64,000 bases of DNA from Mustelus asterias (lineage: Eukaryota): assembly GCF_964213995.1 (NCBI RefSeq), contig NW_027590154.1, positions 372,001 to 436,000 of the forward strand, in the 5' to 3' direction. Of the stretch, positions 1 to 12,116 are shown piece after piece. The notes beneath the pieces are model-generated. The model was not told the DNA's origin. It was given only the letters and a program-made list of their open reading frames with translations, and searched no databases. Both the position numbers and the translations under genes were made by a program. Positions within the stretch are counted from its first letter, which is position 1; every line of letters starts with the position of its first letter.

Positions 1-128
1 CCAGTCTTCACATGTCCTAATTCTGTCTGTAAATGTTGAACTGTTTGTAAGAATGAGAAGGAACATGTTATTTTCTGTTCCTCCGAGAGATTCACCATTG
101 TTACCTCAGATAACATACATTTTTGGAG

Positions 129-1766
129 TCAAGAACAACAAAGAACAAAGAACAGAACAGCATAGGAAACAGGCCCTTCGGCCCTCCAAGCCAGAGCAGC
201 TCCTTGGTCCAACTCGACCAATCGTTTGTATCCCTCCATTCCAAGGCTGCTCATGTGACTATCCAGGTAAGTCTTAAACGATGCCAGTGTGCCTGCCTCC
301 ACCACCCTACTTGGCAGCGCATTCCAGGCCCCCACCACCCTCTGTGTAAAAAACGTCCCTCTGATATCTGAGGTATACTTCGCCCCTCTCACCTTGAGCC
401 CGTGACCCCTCGTGATCGTCACCTCCGACCTGGGAAAAAGCTTCCCACTGTTCAACCTATCTATCCCCTTCACAATCTTGTACACCTCTATTAGATCTCC
501 CCTCATTCTCCGTCTTTCCAGGGAGAACAAACCCAGTTTACCCAATCTCTCCTCATAGCTAAGACCCTCCATACCAGGCAACATCTTGGTAAACCTTCTC
601 TGCACTCTCTCTAACGCCTCCACGTCCTTCTGGTAGTGTGGCGACCAGAACTGGACGCAGTACTCCAAATGTGGCCTAACCAGCGTTCTATACAGCTGCA
701 TCATCAGACTCCAGCTTTTATACTCTATACCCCGTCCTATAAAGGCAGGCATACCATATGCCTTCTTCACCACCTCCTCCACCTGTGTTGCCACCTTCAA
801 GGATTTGTGGACTTGCACACCTAGGTCCCTCTGTGTTTCTATACTCCGGATGACTCTGCCATTTATTGTATAACTCCTCCCTACATTATTTCTTCCAAAA
901 TGCATCACTTCGCATTTATCCAGATTAAACTCCATCTGCCACCTCTCCGCCCAATTTTCCAGCCTATCTATATCCTGCTGTATTGCCCGACAGTGCCCTT
1001 CGCTATACGCAAGTCCAGCCATCTTCGTGTCATCCTCAAACTTGCTGATTACACCAGTTACACCTTCTTCCAAATCATTTATATGTATCACAAATAGCAG
1101 AGGCCCCAGTACAGAGCCCTGCGGAACACCACTGGTCACAGACCTCCAGCCGGAAAAAGACCCTTCGACCACTACCCTCTGTCTCCTATGGCCAAGCCAG
1201 TTCTCCACCCATCTAGCCACTTCTCCTTGTATCCCATGAGCCTTAACCTTCTTAACCAACCTGCCATGTGGGACTTTGTCAAATGCCTTACTGAAATCCA
1301 TATAGACAACATCCACGGCCCTTCCTTCATCAACCGTTTTTGTCACTTCCTCAAAAAACTCCACCAAATTTGTAAGGCACGACCTCCCTCTTACAAAACC
1401 ATGCTGTCTGTCACTAATGAGATTGTTCCGTTCTAAATGCACATACATCCTGTCTCTAAGAATCCTCTCCAACAACTTCCCTACCACGGATGTCAAGCTC
1501 ACCGGCCTATAATTTCCTAGGTTATCCCTGCTACCCTTCTTAAACAACGGGACCACATTCGCTATCCTCCAATCCTCAGGGACCTCACCCGTGCCCAAAG
1601 AGGCGACAAAGATTTCCGTCAGAGGCCCAGCAATTTCATCTCTCATCTCCCTGAGCAGTCGAGGATAGATGCCATCAGGCCCTGGGGCTTTGTCAGTTTT
1701 AATGTTCCCTAAAAAACCTAACACTTCCTCTCTTGTAATGGAGATTTTCTCTAACGTGTCTACCAT
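129..1766 (-). mobile_element. CR1-type LINE, 5'-truncated ORF2 (reverse transcriptase) with 3' tail
   Basis: 545-aa ORF with RT motifs ([34 protein letters not shown]). The catalytic FADD reads FEDD. (AAGAAC)n-type 3' tail at about 129-160. Confidence 0.95.
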
Positions 1767-3118
1767 GATTGACTCCCCCCCTGGGAATAACAGCTCTTAG
1801 TCAGGTGGAGTCAGTCACTCTTGTGGCTGTCATCGGTTTCCAATCCGTGTTTGCCACACAAATCCCTGCGTCACTCATCATGACAAAGAAACCCGCGCAA
1901 GGCCCTAGAAACGATTGCTTCCTTATATCAGGTCCCAGTCTGACTCCGGGTCCAGCTATCTCTGTTAGTGATACACTGGAACCAGTCATTCCAATTATAA
2001 TGTTCTAATTCTCTATGATTATCTTTGGAAACCGTGACCCAATCAGTTGTGAATTGGAGCCTATGTCCGGTTCTGTTACGGTTGACACCTGCCAGTTATT
2101 ATTGGACAAATTACTTTGTTCTGGAATGCTCACACGCAAAAAAAAACGTTTATTTAAATGTTATATCATGTTCTGTCTTTCTTAGTCTATATATCCCATA
2201 CATTGGTTTACATGACTCTCCCGGCCAGTTTATGTTATCGTTGCGCCAGCATATCTGTCTACATTAACTGAGATTCTGTCTCTGTTGTTACTGCATAATT
2301 TTAAATCATTTATGGGATGTGGGCATCACTGGCATCTGTTGCCCTTTTCTAATTGCCCTGACAAAATGGTGATGAGCTGCCATCTTGAACAACAGCAGTC
2401 CATGTTCACCGGCAATATCACGGTTTATATCACACAAGGTCTGGCCACTCTTATGATACACCTGATCCTGATTCATCGTATTACCGAGATTGTACAACCT
2501 ATAGACAATAGAAAATATTTAGGATGGTTAGCATGGAATTGGTGAATGTAACGGTTAAACAGAAATATTGCTCCTTCTGTGGAGAGCAGCAGATGTTTCA
2601 ATCCTTTGGATCAATGGGAATAAGAAGTCTCAGAATTACACGTGTAATTATCTCCTGTCGGCTATATGTCCAGGTTCATTTTCGCCATTATTTTCACAAA
2701 TCAGCACATAATTGAGTTTTTATCAGGAATTTCAGTGAGACACTGAGAAGATAAATTTCCAGTCATTTCCTCGTCATTCGAGATGAGATTTATCCATTTT
2801 CCAACAGATCTCTAAAGGCAGATGAAGCAATGCTGGGAACAAAGTAGACTGAAATAATTTTGCATACATGAGCACACAACCGAATAGTTGTCAATAAATA
2901 GTGACATATCTAATGTCCTTCAGTTGAAATACATGAACTGTTTGGTCTTTTCATGCACTCAGGGAAGGCAGAGATGGGCTGAAGGTTATCTCTGGGAAAA
3001 CTGAAGGGAAATTGTTAAAAGAGATTATTGTTCCAAAGGGAGTTATTAGAAAATAGAATGTTTAATATAAATAAGTACGCAAATATCTTAGCACAGAACT
3101 GATGTGGTATTTGTTAGA

Positions 3119-3290
3119 CATAGAACCATAGAACCCCTACAGTTCAGAAAACTGGTCCACCGAGTCTGCATCCCACCATGGGCCTCCCGCCTGCCCTATC
3201 CCCGTTAGCCCCGCACGATTACCACGGCTAATACACATACCCACATGACGCAAAGGGGCAATTGTGCCTGGCCATTCCGCCTAACATGAT
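3119..3290 (-). mobile_element. Degenerate HE1/V-SINE 3' fragment
   Basis: CATAGAACCATAGAACCCCTACAG tail and partial body similar to the intact SINE at 56659-56990. Confidence 0.6.
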
Positions 3291-3439
3291 CTGTTTTAAC
3301 CTAAACGAGGGATAGGCTTTTGTGGAGCAACACAGAGACAAGGCCGAGTGCACCAATTATTGATACAGCACCTGTACTAAAATGAATGGAGGCTGCGTCG
3401 AGTTCATTCATTACTGAGAGCGTATAGAGCGTATTACTA

Positions 3440-4300
3440 ACCAGCGTAGTGTTTCCTCATTTAAACAGAGACATGCAGTCTGCAGTTGTTACAAAGACAA
3501 GGTATATTCTAATATAAGTAGAGACAGTGTGCACTGTAATTTAAACTAAGACAGGTTCTAGTGTGATGTAAACTCACATCGGCGCTTTCAGAATATAGGG
3601 ATATGATCTAGTGTGATATAAACAGAGATGTGGCCCAGTGGAATAAAAAGTGAGGCAATGCAGAGACAAGTAATAATTGGGAGAGGATAATGTGTGAAAT
3701 GAGCAGTGATATGGATTAGCGCAGTAATAAAGTAGAGAACATCTCACGCAATAAAACTGACACCAGGCCTCGTGTAATTTTGTCTGATGCTGGGCATTGT
3801 ATGACATAAACTGAGACAACACCTTATGCAGTAATTTCAGACCAAGGCCTTAGATTGATATACGATTTGACAGGGGCAAGTTCAGCAATAAATGAAACAA
3901 GAAATAGGACAATAATTAGAGACAGGATATGATTCGGTATAAACAGGGAGGTGGGATGGTGCAGCAGTGATTGAGATATTGTCGATGTTTGCATATACAT
4001 GGCAGGTTCCAGCAATGTAATAACTCGTGTAATACAAACAGAAACATGTTCTGCTGCAGTATCAGGAGTAACAACAGAGATATGGAGTAGCATGGCAATA
4101 GCCGAGAATTAATTCCGTGCTGTCATAACTGCCAGAGTATACGGCGTAATATCAAATGAGACGTGGTGCAGTGTAGATGTTGCTGAGTACAGAATCAACT
4201 GAGACTTGTTGTCATATAATCAGAAGTATGTGTCATATAAACTGGGTCTAGTTTGGGACAGAGACTGAGTCTATTGCAGCGATAACTGAGACGATCTGTT
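3440..4300. repeat. Highly degenerate tandem repeat, unit about 28-30 bp
   Basis: Recurring GTG(T/A)ATA(T/A)AAAC(A/T)GAGAC-like motif. Confidence 0.5.
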
Positions 4301-4667
4301 TCGTGTCGTGCCAAAAAGCACGATTTCACTGCCATCTCCTGGATCACCTCTGCTATTGCAGATGTTGGGAAATGCTGATTTTAGTTGCTGTTTCTTACTA
4401 TTTAATGGGCTGTATTCCCAGCAGGCAAGGCCAATGCATATGTTGGCAATCTGGATTTATTGGCTTTCTAGAACATCTCAGAGGGCGGGGAAGCACCAAT
4501 CGCTTGTGGGCCTGGAGTCATCTATCGGCCAAACTGGGAAACGATGGACAGTTTCCTTTTCTGCTGGGCATCAGAGAATCTGTTATATGTCTTGTAATGG
4601 CCGCAATTACGGAAACGAGCTTTAAATTCAAAATTGCAATTGCATTTCCAAACCCACGTTCTGTTAT

Positions 4668-6383
4668 GGAGCCCAAAGAAGTAGGGGAGATCCTAAATGA
4701 ATATTTTGCGTCGGTATTCACAAAGGAGAGGGATGTCTTGACTGGGAGTGTCTCGGAGCGGAGTGTTGAACCGTTGGAGAAAATCTCCATTACAAGGGAG
4801 GAAGTGTTAGGTTTGTTGGAGAATATAAAGACTGACAAATCCCCAGGGCCTGATGGAATCTATCCAAGGCTGCTCAGGGAGACGAGAGATGAAATCGCTG
4901 GGCCTCTGACGCAAATCTTTGTCTCGTCACTGGACGCAGGTGAGGTCCCAGAGGATTGGAGGATAGCTAATGTGGTCCCGTTATTTAAGAAGGGTAGGAA
5001 GGATAACCCGGGTAATTATAGGTCGGTGAGCTTGACGTCCGTGGTGGGGAAGTTGTTGGAGAAGATTCTTAGAGATAGGATGTACACGCATTTAATAATG
5101 AATAAACTCATTAACGATAGTCAGCATGATTTTGTGAGAGGGTGGCCATGCCTCACTAACCTGGTGGAGTTTTTTGAAGAAGTGACCAGAATGGTTGACG
5201 AGGAAAGGGCCGTGGATATCGTCTATATGAACTTTAGTAAAGCGTTTGACAAAGTCCCTCATGGTAGGCTGGTGAAAAAGGTTGGATCTCATGGGATAAA
5301 GGGGGAGGTGGTTAGATGGGTGGAGAACTGGCTTGGTCACAGAAGACAGAGGGTCGTAGTGGAAGGGTCTTTTTCCGGCTGGAGACCTGTGACTAGTGGT
5401 GTTCCGCAGGGCTCTGTATTGGGACCTCTGCTGTTTGTGATTTATATAAACAATCTGGAAGAAGGTGTAACTGGGGTGATCAGTAAGTTTGCGGACGACA
5501 CAAAATTGGCAGGACTTGCAGATAGTGAGGAGCATTGTCAGAAGCTACAGAAGGATATAGATAGGCTGGAAATTTGGGCAAAAAAATGGCAAATGGAGTT
5601 CAATCCTGATCAATGTGAAGTGATGCATTTTGGTAGAAATAATGTAGGGAGGAGCTATACGATAAATGGCAGAACCATAAAGGGTGTAGATACGTAGAGG
5701 GACCTGGGTGTACAAGTCCACAGATCCTTGAAGGTGACGTCACAGGTGGAGAAGGTGGTGAAGTAGGGATATGGCATGCTTGCCTTTATAGGACGGGGCA
5801 TAGAGTATAAAAGTTGGGGTCTGATGTTGCAGATGTATAGAACGTTGGTTCGGCCGCATTTGGAATACTGCGTCCAGTTCTGGTCGCCACACTACCAGAA
5901 GGACGTGGAGGCTTTGGAGAGAGTACAGAGGAGGTTTACCAGGATGCTGCCTGGTATGGAGGGGCTTAGTTATGAGGAGAGATTGGGTAAACTGGGGATG
6001 TTCTCCCTGGAAAGACGGAGGATGAGGGGAGACTTAATAGAGGTGTATAAAATTATGAAAGGCATAGATAGGGTGAACGGTGGGAAGCTTTTCCCCAGGT
6101 CAGTGGTGACATTCACGAGGGGTCATAGGTTCAAGTTGAAGGGGGGGTAGGTTTAACACAGATATCAGAAGGACATATTTTACACAGAGGGTGGTGGGAG
6201 CCTGGCATGCGCTGCCGGGCAAGGTGGTGGAGGCGGACACACTGGGAACGTTTAAGACTTATTTAGATAGCCATATGAACGGAGTGGGAATGGAGGGATA
6301 CAACAGAATGGTCTAGTTTGGACCAGGGAGCGGCACGGGTTTGGAGGGCCGAAGGGCCTGTTCCTGTGCTGTATTGTTCTTTG
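4668..6383 (+). mobile_element. CR1 LINE, 5'-truncated ORF2 with stops
   Basis: RT motifs in ORFs 4303-5697 and 5776-6150. Same subfamily as 129-1766. Confidence 0.93.
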
Positions 6384-6499
6384 TGGTTGGATTTGAAAAT
6401 ATATCTTGAGAAAATTTCCTTCCCTCAGAATTACTCTCCCAGTGATATGACTACTCTGCCACTGTCTCCCTTTTCCGCGTTGGTAAATCACTTGCAGCA

Positions 6500-7560
6500 G
6501 AGAAGAAGGCCATTTTGAAGCGTCATTTGTGTGTTGGTCCTGTAAATGAGCAATTCATCCAATAACACTCTGTACCCCACAGTCCAGCATTTTGTTCATT
6601 TTCAGACAATACTCCAATCCCACTTTGAATCCATCAATTGGCGCTACCTGCACCAGACTCTCAAACAGCACATTCCAGATCTGAATCACTCACTGTCTGA
6701 AAAAGTTTTTCGTTCTGTCTCCATGCTTCTTTCACCAATTAACTTCAACCGCGCACTCTGTAACAAGAACAAAGAACAAAGAACAATACAGCACAGGAAC
6801 AGGCCCTTCAGCCCACCAAGCCCTCGCCGCTCCCTGGTCCAAACTAGATCCTTCTGCCATTGAACAATTCCTCTCTTTCTACTCTGTCAAGACCCCTCAG
6901 GATTTTGAAGGGCTCAATGGGATCACATCAGGCACTTCCTGTCAAGGAAATCAGTCCGAACATCTCCAATATATTTTCGTAACTGAAATTTCTGATCTCT
7001 GGAACTAATCTCGTGTATTTCCCCTGCATCCAGCCTATTGGCTTTACATTCCTCCCTACGTTTGGTGCCCAGATTTGGACGCAATTTTTCAGTTGACTAT
7101 TTTCCATTGCTTTCTACACATTTAGCATAATTTCGTTGCTTCTGTATCCTTTTCCCCAATAGACAAAGACTGTTAACTATTTTGTTTACCACCGTTTAAA
7201 CCTATCTTCCACCATGAATGATTTATGCACATATTCAATCAGGTCCCTCGGCGTCGACACCAACTTTCATAGCGTTTTCATCATTTCCATTTGTCTCTTC
7301 ACATTCAGCTTAACAAAACTAATCATTAAATGCCCAATTGCACGCCCATTCCACCAATTCGTTTTTTTCGTTCTGAACTTTTGCATGACCTTCTGATGGT
7401 TGGCAATGTTTCCAAAATTGTATCATTCACAGATTTTGAAAGTCTGACCTCCATACAACGCTCTCGGTCATTTCTATGTCAGGAAGGTCAAGGGTCAATT
7501 AACCGATTCCTGGCAACTTCACTACAAGCTTTGTTCCTGTAGGAAAAACAGCAACGACTT
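6500..7560 (-). mobile_element. Old degenerate LINE (CR1/L2-like) fragments with a short young CR1 tail at about 6765-6850
   Basis: Decayed similarity to the CR1 3' region. AAGAACAAAGAACAAAG tail inside. Confidence 0.5.
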
Positions 7561-7839
7561 GTTTCCTGGCACTCAGCCAATCACAGAAGGCAAGTAATCG
7601 CCAAACACGTTGGGACTGGAGTCACCTATGGGCCAAACTGGGAAATGATGGAAGGTTTCTTTTTCTGCAGGCCATTAGAGAATCTGTTATATTTCCTGTA
7701 ACGGCCGCAATTACGGAAACGAGCTTCAAATTCAAAATTGCAATTGTATTTTAAAACCCACGACCTCTTGTAGTTGGATTTGAATATATATCTTGACAAA
7801 ATTGCCTCGCCTCAGAACTACTCTCCCAGTGATATTGCA

Positions 7840-10800
7840 TTGACTGGGACAGCCATAGTATTAGAGGGTTGGATGGAGAGAAATGTGTTTAGTGTATTCA
7901 GGAGGAATTTCTCATTCAGGATGTGGATTTCCTGTCAAGAGAGGGGGCAAAACTTGACCTTCTCTTGGGAAATAAGGAAGGACAGGTGACGGACGTGTCA
8001 CTGAGCGATCACTTTGGGACCAGTGATCATAATTCTATTAGTTTTAAGATAGCTATGGAGAATGATAGGTCTGGCCCAAAAGTTAAAATTCTAAGTTGGG
8101 TCAAAGCCAATTTTGATGGCATCAGGCAGGAACTTTCAACAGTTAATTGGGGGAGTCTGTGGAAGGCAAAGGGACGTCTGGTAATTGGGAGGCTTCAAAA
8201 GTGTGTTAACCAGCGTTCAGAGTAAGTACATTTCTCTCAGGGTGAACGACAATGCTGGTAGAGGTAGGGAACCCTGGTTTACTCGGGATACTGAGGCCCT
8301 GGTCAAGAAGAAGAAGTAGGCACATGACATGCATAGGTAGCTGGGATCAGGGGAATTGCTTGAACGGTATAGCGGGTGTAGGAGTAGAGTTAAAAGAGAA
8401 ATCAGGAGTGCAAAAAGGGGACACGAGATGGTTTTGGCAGATAAGGCAAAGGAGAATCCAAAGAGCTTCTACAAATGCATAAATGCCAAAAGAGTAACGA
8501 GGGAGAGGATAGGAGCTATTAAGGACCAACAAGGCCATCGATGTGCGGATCCACAAGAAATGGGTGAGATCCTAAATGAATAATTCTCATCAGTATTTAT
8601 TATTGGGAAAAGCATGAATGTTAGGAAACTTGGGGAAATAAATAGTGATGTCTTGAGGAGTGTACATATTACAGAGAAGGAGGTGCTGGAAGTCTTAAAG
8701 CGCATCAAGGTAGATAAACCACAGGACCTGATGAACTGTAACAAAGGACATTATGGGAGGCTAGGGGGGAAATTGCGTGTCGCCGAGCAGAGATATTTGA
8801 CTCTGCGTGAGTCACAGGTGAGGGGCCTAAAGATTGGAGGGTGGCAATTGTTCTGCCTTTGTTTAAAAAGGGCTGCAGGGAAAAGCCTGGGAACTACAGG
8901 CCAAAGAGCCTCACATCTGTTGTGGGTAAGTTGTTGGAAGATATTTTGAGAGACAGGATCGACAGGCACTTAGATACGCAAGGACTGATTAGGGACATTC
9001 AGCATGGCTTTGTGAGTGGAAAATCATGTTTCACAAATTTGATTCAGTTTTCGAAGGGGGAACCAAGAAGGTAGACGAGGGAGTGCAGTTGATGTTGTCT
9101 ACATGGACTTTAGCAACGCCTTTGACAAGGTACCACATGGGAGGTTATTGCATGAGGTTAAATCTCACGGATCCAGGGTCAGGTAGCTAAATGGATACAA
9201 AATTGACGATGACAGAAGTCAGAGGGTGGTTGGAGAGCGATGTTTTTCAAACTGGAGACCTTTGACCAGCGGTGTGCCTCATGGATCCGTGCTGTGTCCA
9301 CTGTTATTTGTCATTTATATTAATGATTTGGATGAGAATATAGGAGGCATGGTTAGTAAGTTTGCAGATGACACCAAGATTGGTGGCATAGTGGACAGTG
9401 TAGGTTATCTCGGATTGCAACGGGATCTTGATCAATTGCGCCAGTGGGCTGACGAATGGCAGATGGAGTTTAATTTAGACAAATGCGAGGTGATGCATTT
9501 TGGTAGATTGAACCAGGGTATGACTTAGTCAGCTAATGATAGGGCGTTGGGGAAAGTTACAGAACAAAGTGGAGTCACAGGTGGACAGAGTGGTGAAGAA
9601 GGCATTTGGCATGCTTGGTTTCATCGATCAGACCATTGAATCAGTCCAAGAAGTGGCTGATGAAATTCAACGTGGGCAAGTGCGAGGTCGTGCACTTTGG
9701 AAAAAAGAATCGAGGCATGGACTATTTTCTAAACGGTGACAAAATTCATAATGCTAAAGTGCAAAGGGACTTGGGAGTCCTAGTCCAGGATTCTCTAAAG
9801 GTAAACTTGCAGGTTGAGTCCGTAATTAAGAAAGCAAATGTAATGTTGTCATTTATCTCAAGAGGCTTGGAATACAAAAGCAGGGATGTACTTCTGAGGC
9901 TTTATAAAGCACTGGTTAGGCCCCATTTGGAATACTGTGAGCAATTTTGGGCCCCACACCTCAGGAAGGACATACTGGCACTGGAGCGGGTCCAGCGGAG
10001 ATTCACACGGATGATCCCAGGAATGGTAGGCCTGACATACGATGAACGTCTGAGGATCGTGGGATTATATTCATTGGAGTTTAGGAGGTTGAGGGGAGAT
10101 CTGATAGAGACTTACAAGATAATGAACGGCTTAGATAGGATGGACGTAGGGAAGTTGTTTCCATTAGCAGGGGAGACTAGGACGCGGGGGCACAGCCTTA
10201 GAATAAAAGGGAGTCACTTTAGAACAGAGATGAGGAGAAATTTCTTCAGCCAGAGAGTGGTAGGTCTGTGGAATTCATTGCCACAGAGGGCTGTGGAGGC
10301 CGAGACGTTGAGCGTCTTCAAGACAGAAATTGATAAATTCTTGATTTCTCGAGGAATTAAGGGCTATGGGGAGAGAGCGGGTAAATGGAGTTGAAATCAA
10401 CCATGATTGAATGGTGGAGTGGACTCGATGGGCCGAATGGCCTTACTTCCGCTCCTATGTCTTATGGTCTTATGGTCTAATACAGGAGTTGGAATGTCTT
10501 GTTGAAGTTGTACAAGAGATTGGTAAGGCCACACTTGGAATACTGTGTGCAATTCTGGTCACCCAATTATAGAAAGGATATTATTAAACTAGAAGGAGTG
10601 CAGAAAAGATTCACTAGGATGCTACCGGGACTTGATGGATTGAGTTACAAGGAGAGGCTGGATATACTGGGACTTTTTCCTCTGGAGTGTAGGAGGCTGA
10701 GGGGTGATCTCATAGAGATCTGTAAAATAATGAGGGGCATAGATCAGCCAGATGGTCAATATATTTTACCAAAGTTAGGAAAGACTAAAACTAGAGGGCA

Positions 10801-11092
10801 GAAGTTTAAGGTGAGAAGGGAGAGATACAAAAGTGTCCAGAGGGGCAATTTTTTCACATCGGGGGTGGTGAGTGTCTGGGACAAGCTGCCAGAGATAGTA
10901 GTAGAGGCGGGTACAATTTTGTCTTTTAAAAAGTATTTAAATAGTGACATGGGTACGATGGGTGTAGAACGATATGGGCCAAATGTGGGCAATTGGCATT
11001 AGCTTTGGGGTTTTAAAAAAAAGGGCGGCATGGACAAGTTGGGCCGAAGAGCCTGTTTCTATGCTGTAAACCTCTATGATTCTCTGACTCTA
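7840..11092 (+). mobile_element. Degenerate CR1 ORF2, host of a nested insertion
   Basis: Frameshifted endonuclease-end and RT fragments (SDH, FADD, RPHLEYC). Interrupted at 9642-10478 and resumes at AATACAGGAGTTGG. Confidence 0.9.
9642..10478 (+). mobile_element. Young CR1 3' fragment nested in an older CR1
   Basis: Peptide nearly identical to the C-terminus of the 61089-62966 ORF. (TCTTATGG)n tail. Confidence 0.92.
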
Positions 11093-11992
11093 TGAGTTCA
11101 GGGGGATGGAGTCAGAGGGAATAGAGCAGGGAGAGAGGATCCCTGGGATGATTTTCAGTGTGTTCTGGACGATGATATGAGAGGGAATGGAGCAGAGATC
11201 GAGGTTCCCTGGGGTGATATTCAGTGAGTTCAGAGCGATGCTATCAGAGGGAATGGAGCAGAGAGAGAAGAGCCCTGGGGTGATGCTCAGTGTGTTCAGG
11301 GCAATGGAGTCAGAGGGGATGGAGCAGGGAGAGAGGATCCATGGGGTGATGCTCAGTCAGGTCAGGGCGATGGAGTCAGAGGGAATGGAGCAGGGAGAGA
11401 GGATCCATGGGGTGATGCTCAGTCAGGTCAGGGCGATGGAGTCAGAGGGAATGGAGCAGGGAAAGAGGATCTCTGGGGTGAAGCTCAGTGAGGTCAGGGC
11501 GATGCTATCAGAGGGAATGGAGGAGGGACAGAGGATTCCTGGGGTGATGTTCGAACAGTTCAGGGTGATGGAGTCAGAGGGAATGGAGCAGGGAGAAGGG
11601 ATCCCTGGGATGATAATCAGTGAGTTCAGGGGGATGGAGTCAGGGGGAATGGAACACGGAGAGAGGATCCCTGGGGTGATGCTCAGTGGGTTCAGGGCGA
11701 TGCTATCAGAAGGAATGGAGCAGGGAGAGATGCTCCCTGTGGTGATGTTCAGTGAGTTCAAGAAGATGGAGTCAGAGGGAATCGAGCAGGGAGAGAGAAT
11801 CCATGGCTTGATGTTCAGTGAGTTCAGGGGGATGGAGACAGAGGGAATGAAGCAGGGAGAGAGGATACCTGGGGTGATGCTCAGTGAGTTCAGGGACATG
11901 GTATCAGAGGGAATGGAGCAGGGAAAGAGGATCCCTGGACTGATGCGCAGTGAGTTCAGGGGGAAGGAGTCGGAGGTAATGGAGCAGGGACA
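11093..11992. repeat. 60-bp minisatellite, about 15 copies
   Basis: Unit approximately GGAGTCAGAGGGAATGGAGCAGGGAGAGAGGATCCCTGGGGTGATGCTCAGTGAGTTCAGGGCGAT, in register with the 60-nt display lines. Confidence 0.95.
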
Positions 11993-12116
11993 GTGTTTTT
12001 AACCACTAAACTAGTCCTAATTGCCTGCATTTGGTCCAAATCCCTCTATACCAATCTTACTCATGTATCTGTCCAAACACTTTCTAAAAGACAATATTGT
12101 ACCCGCCTCTACTACT

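Noticed and set aside
1-2000. Possible minus-strand promoter (CRE/CCAAT-like at about 1840-1880) and small intron (105-28) of a V gene running off the window
   Set aside because: The putative leader contains a stop and the downstream peptide is not V-like. It cannot be tested without upstream sequence.
4303-4667. N-terminal extension of the 464-aa ORF as a host/RT fusion gene
   Set aside because: Chance read-through from old SINE-like sequence into a truncated CR1.
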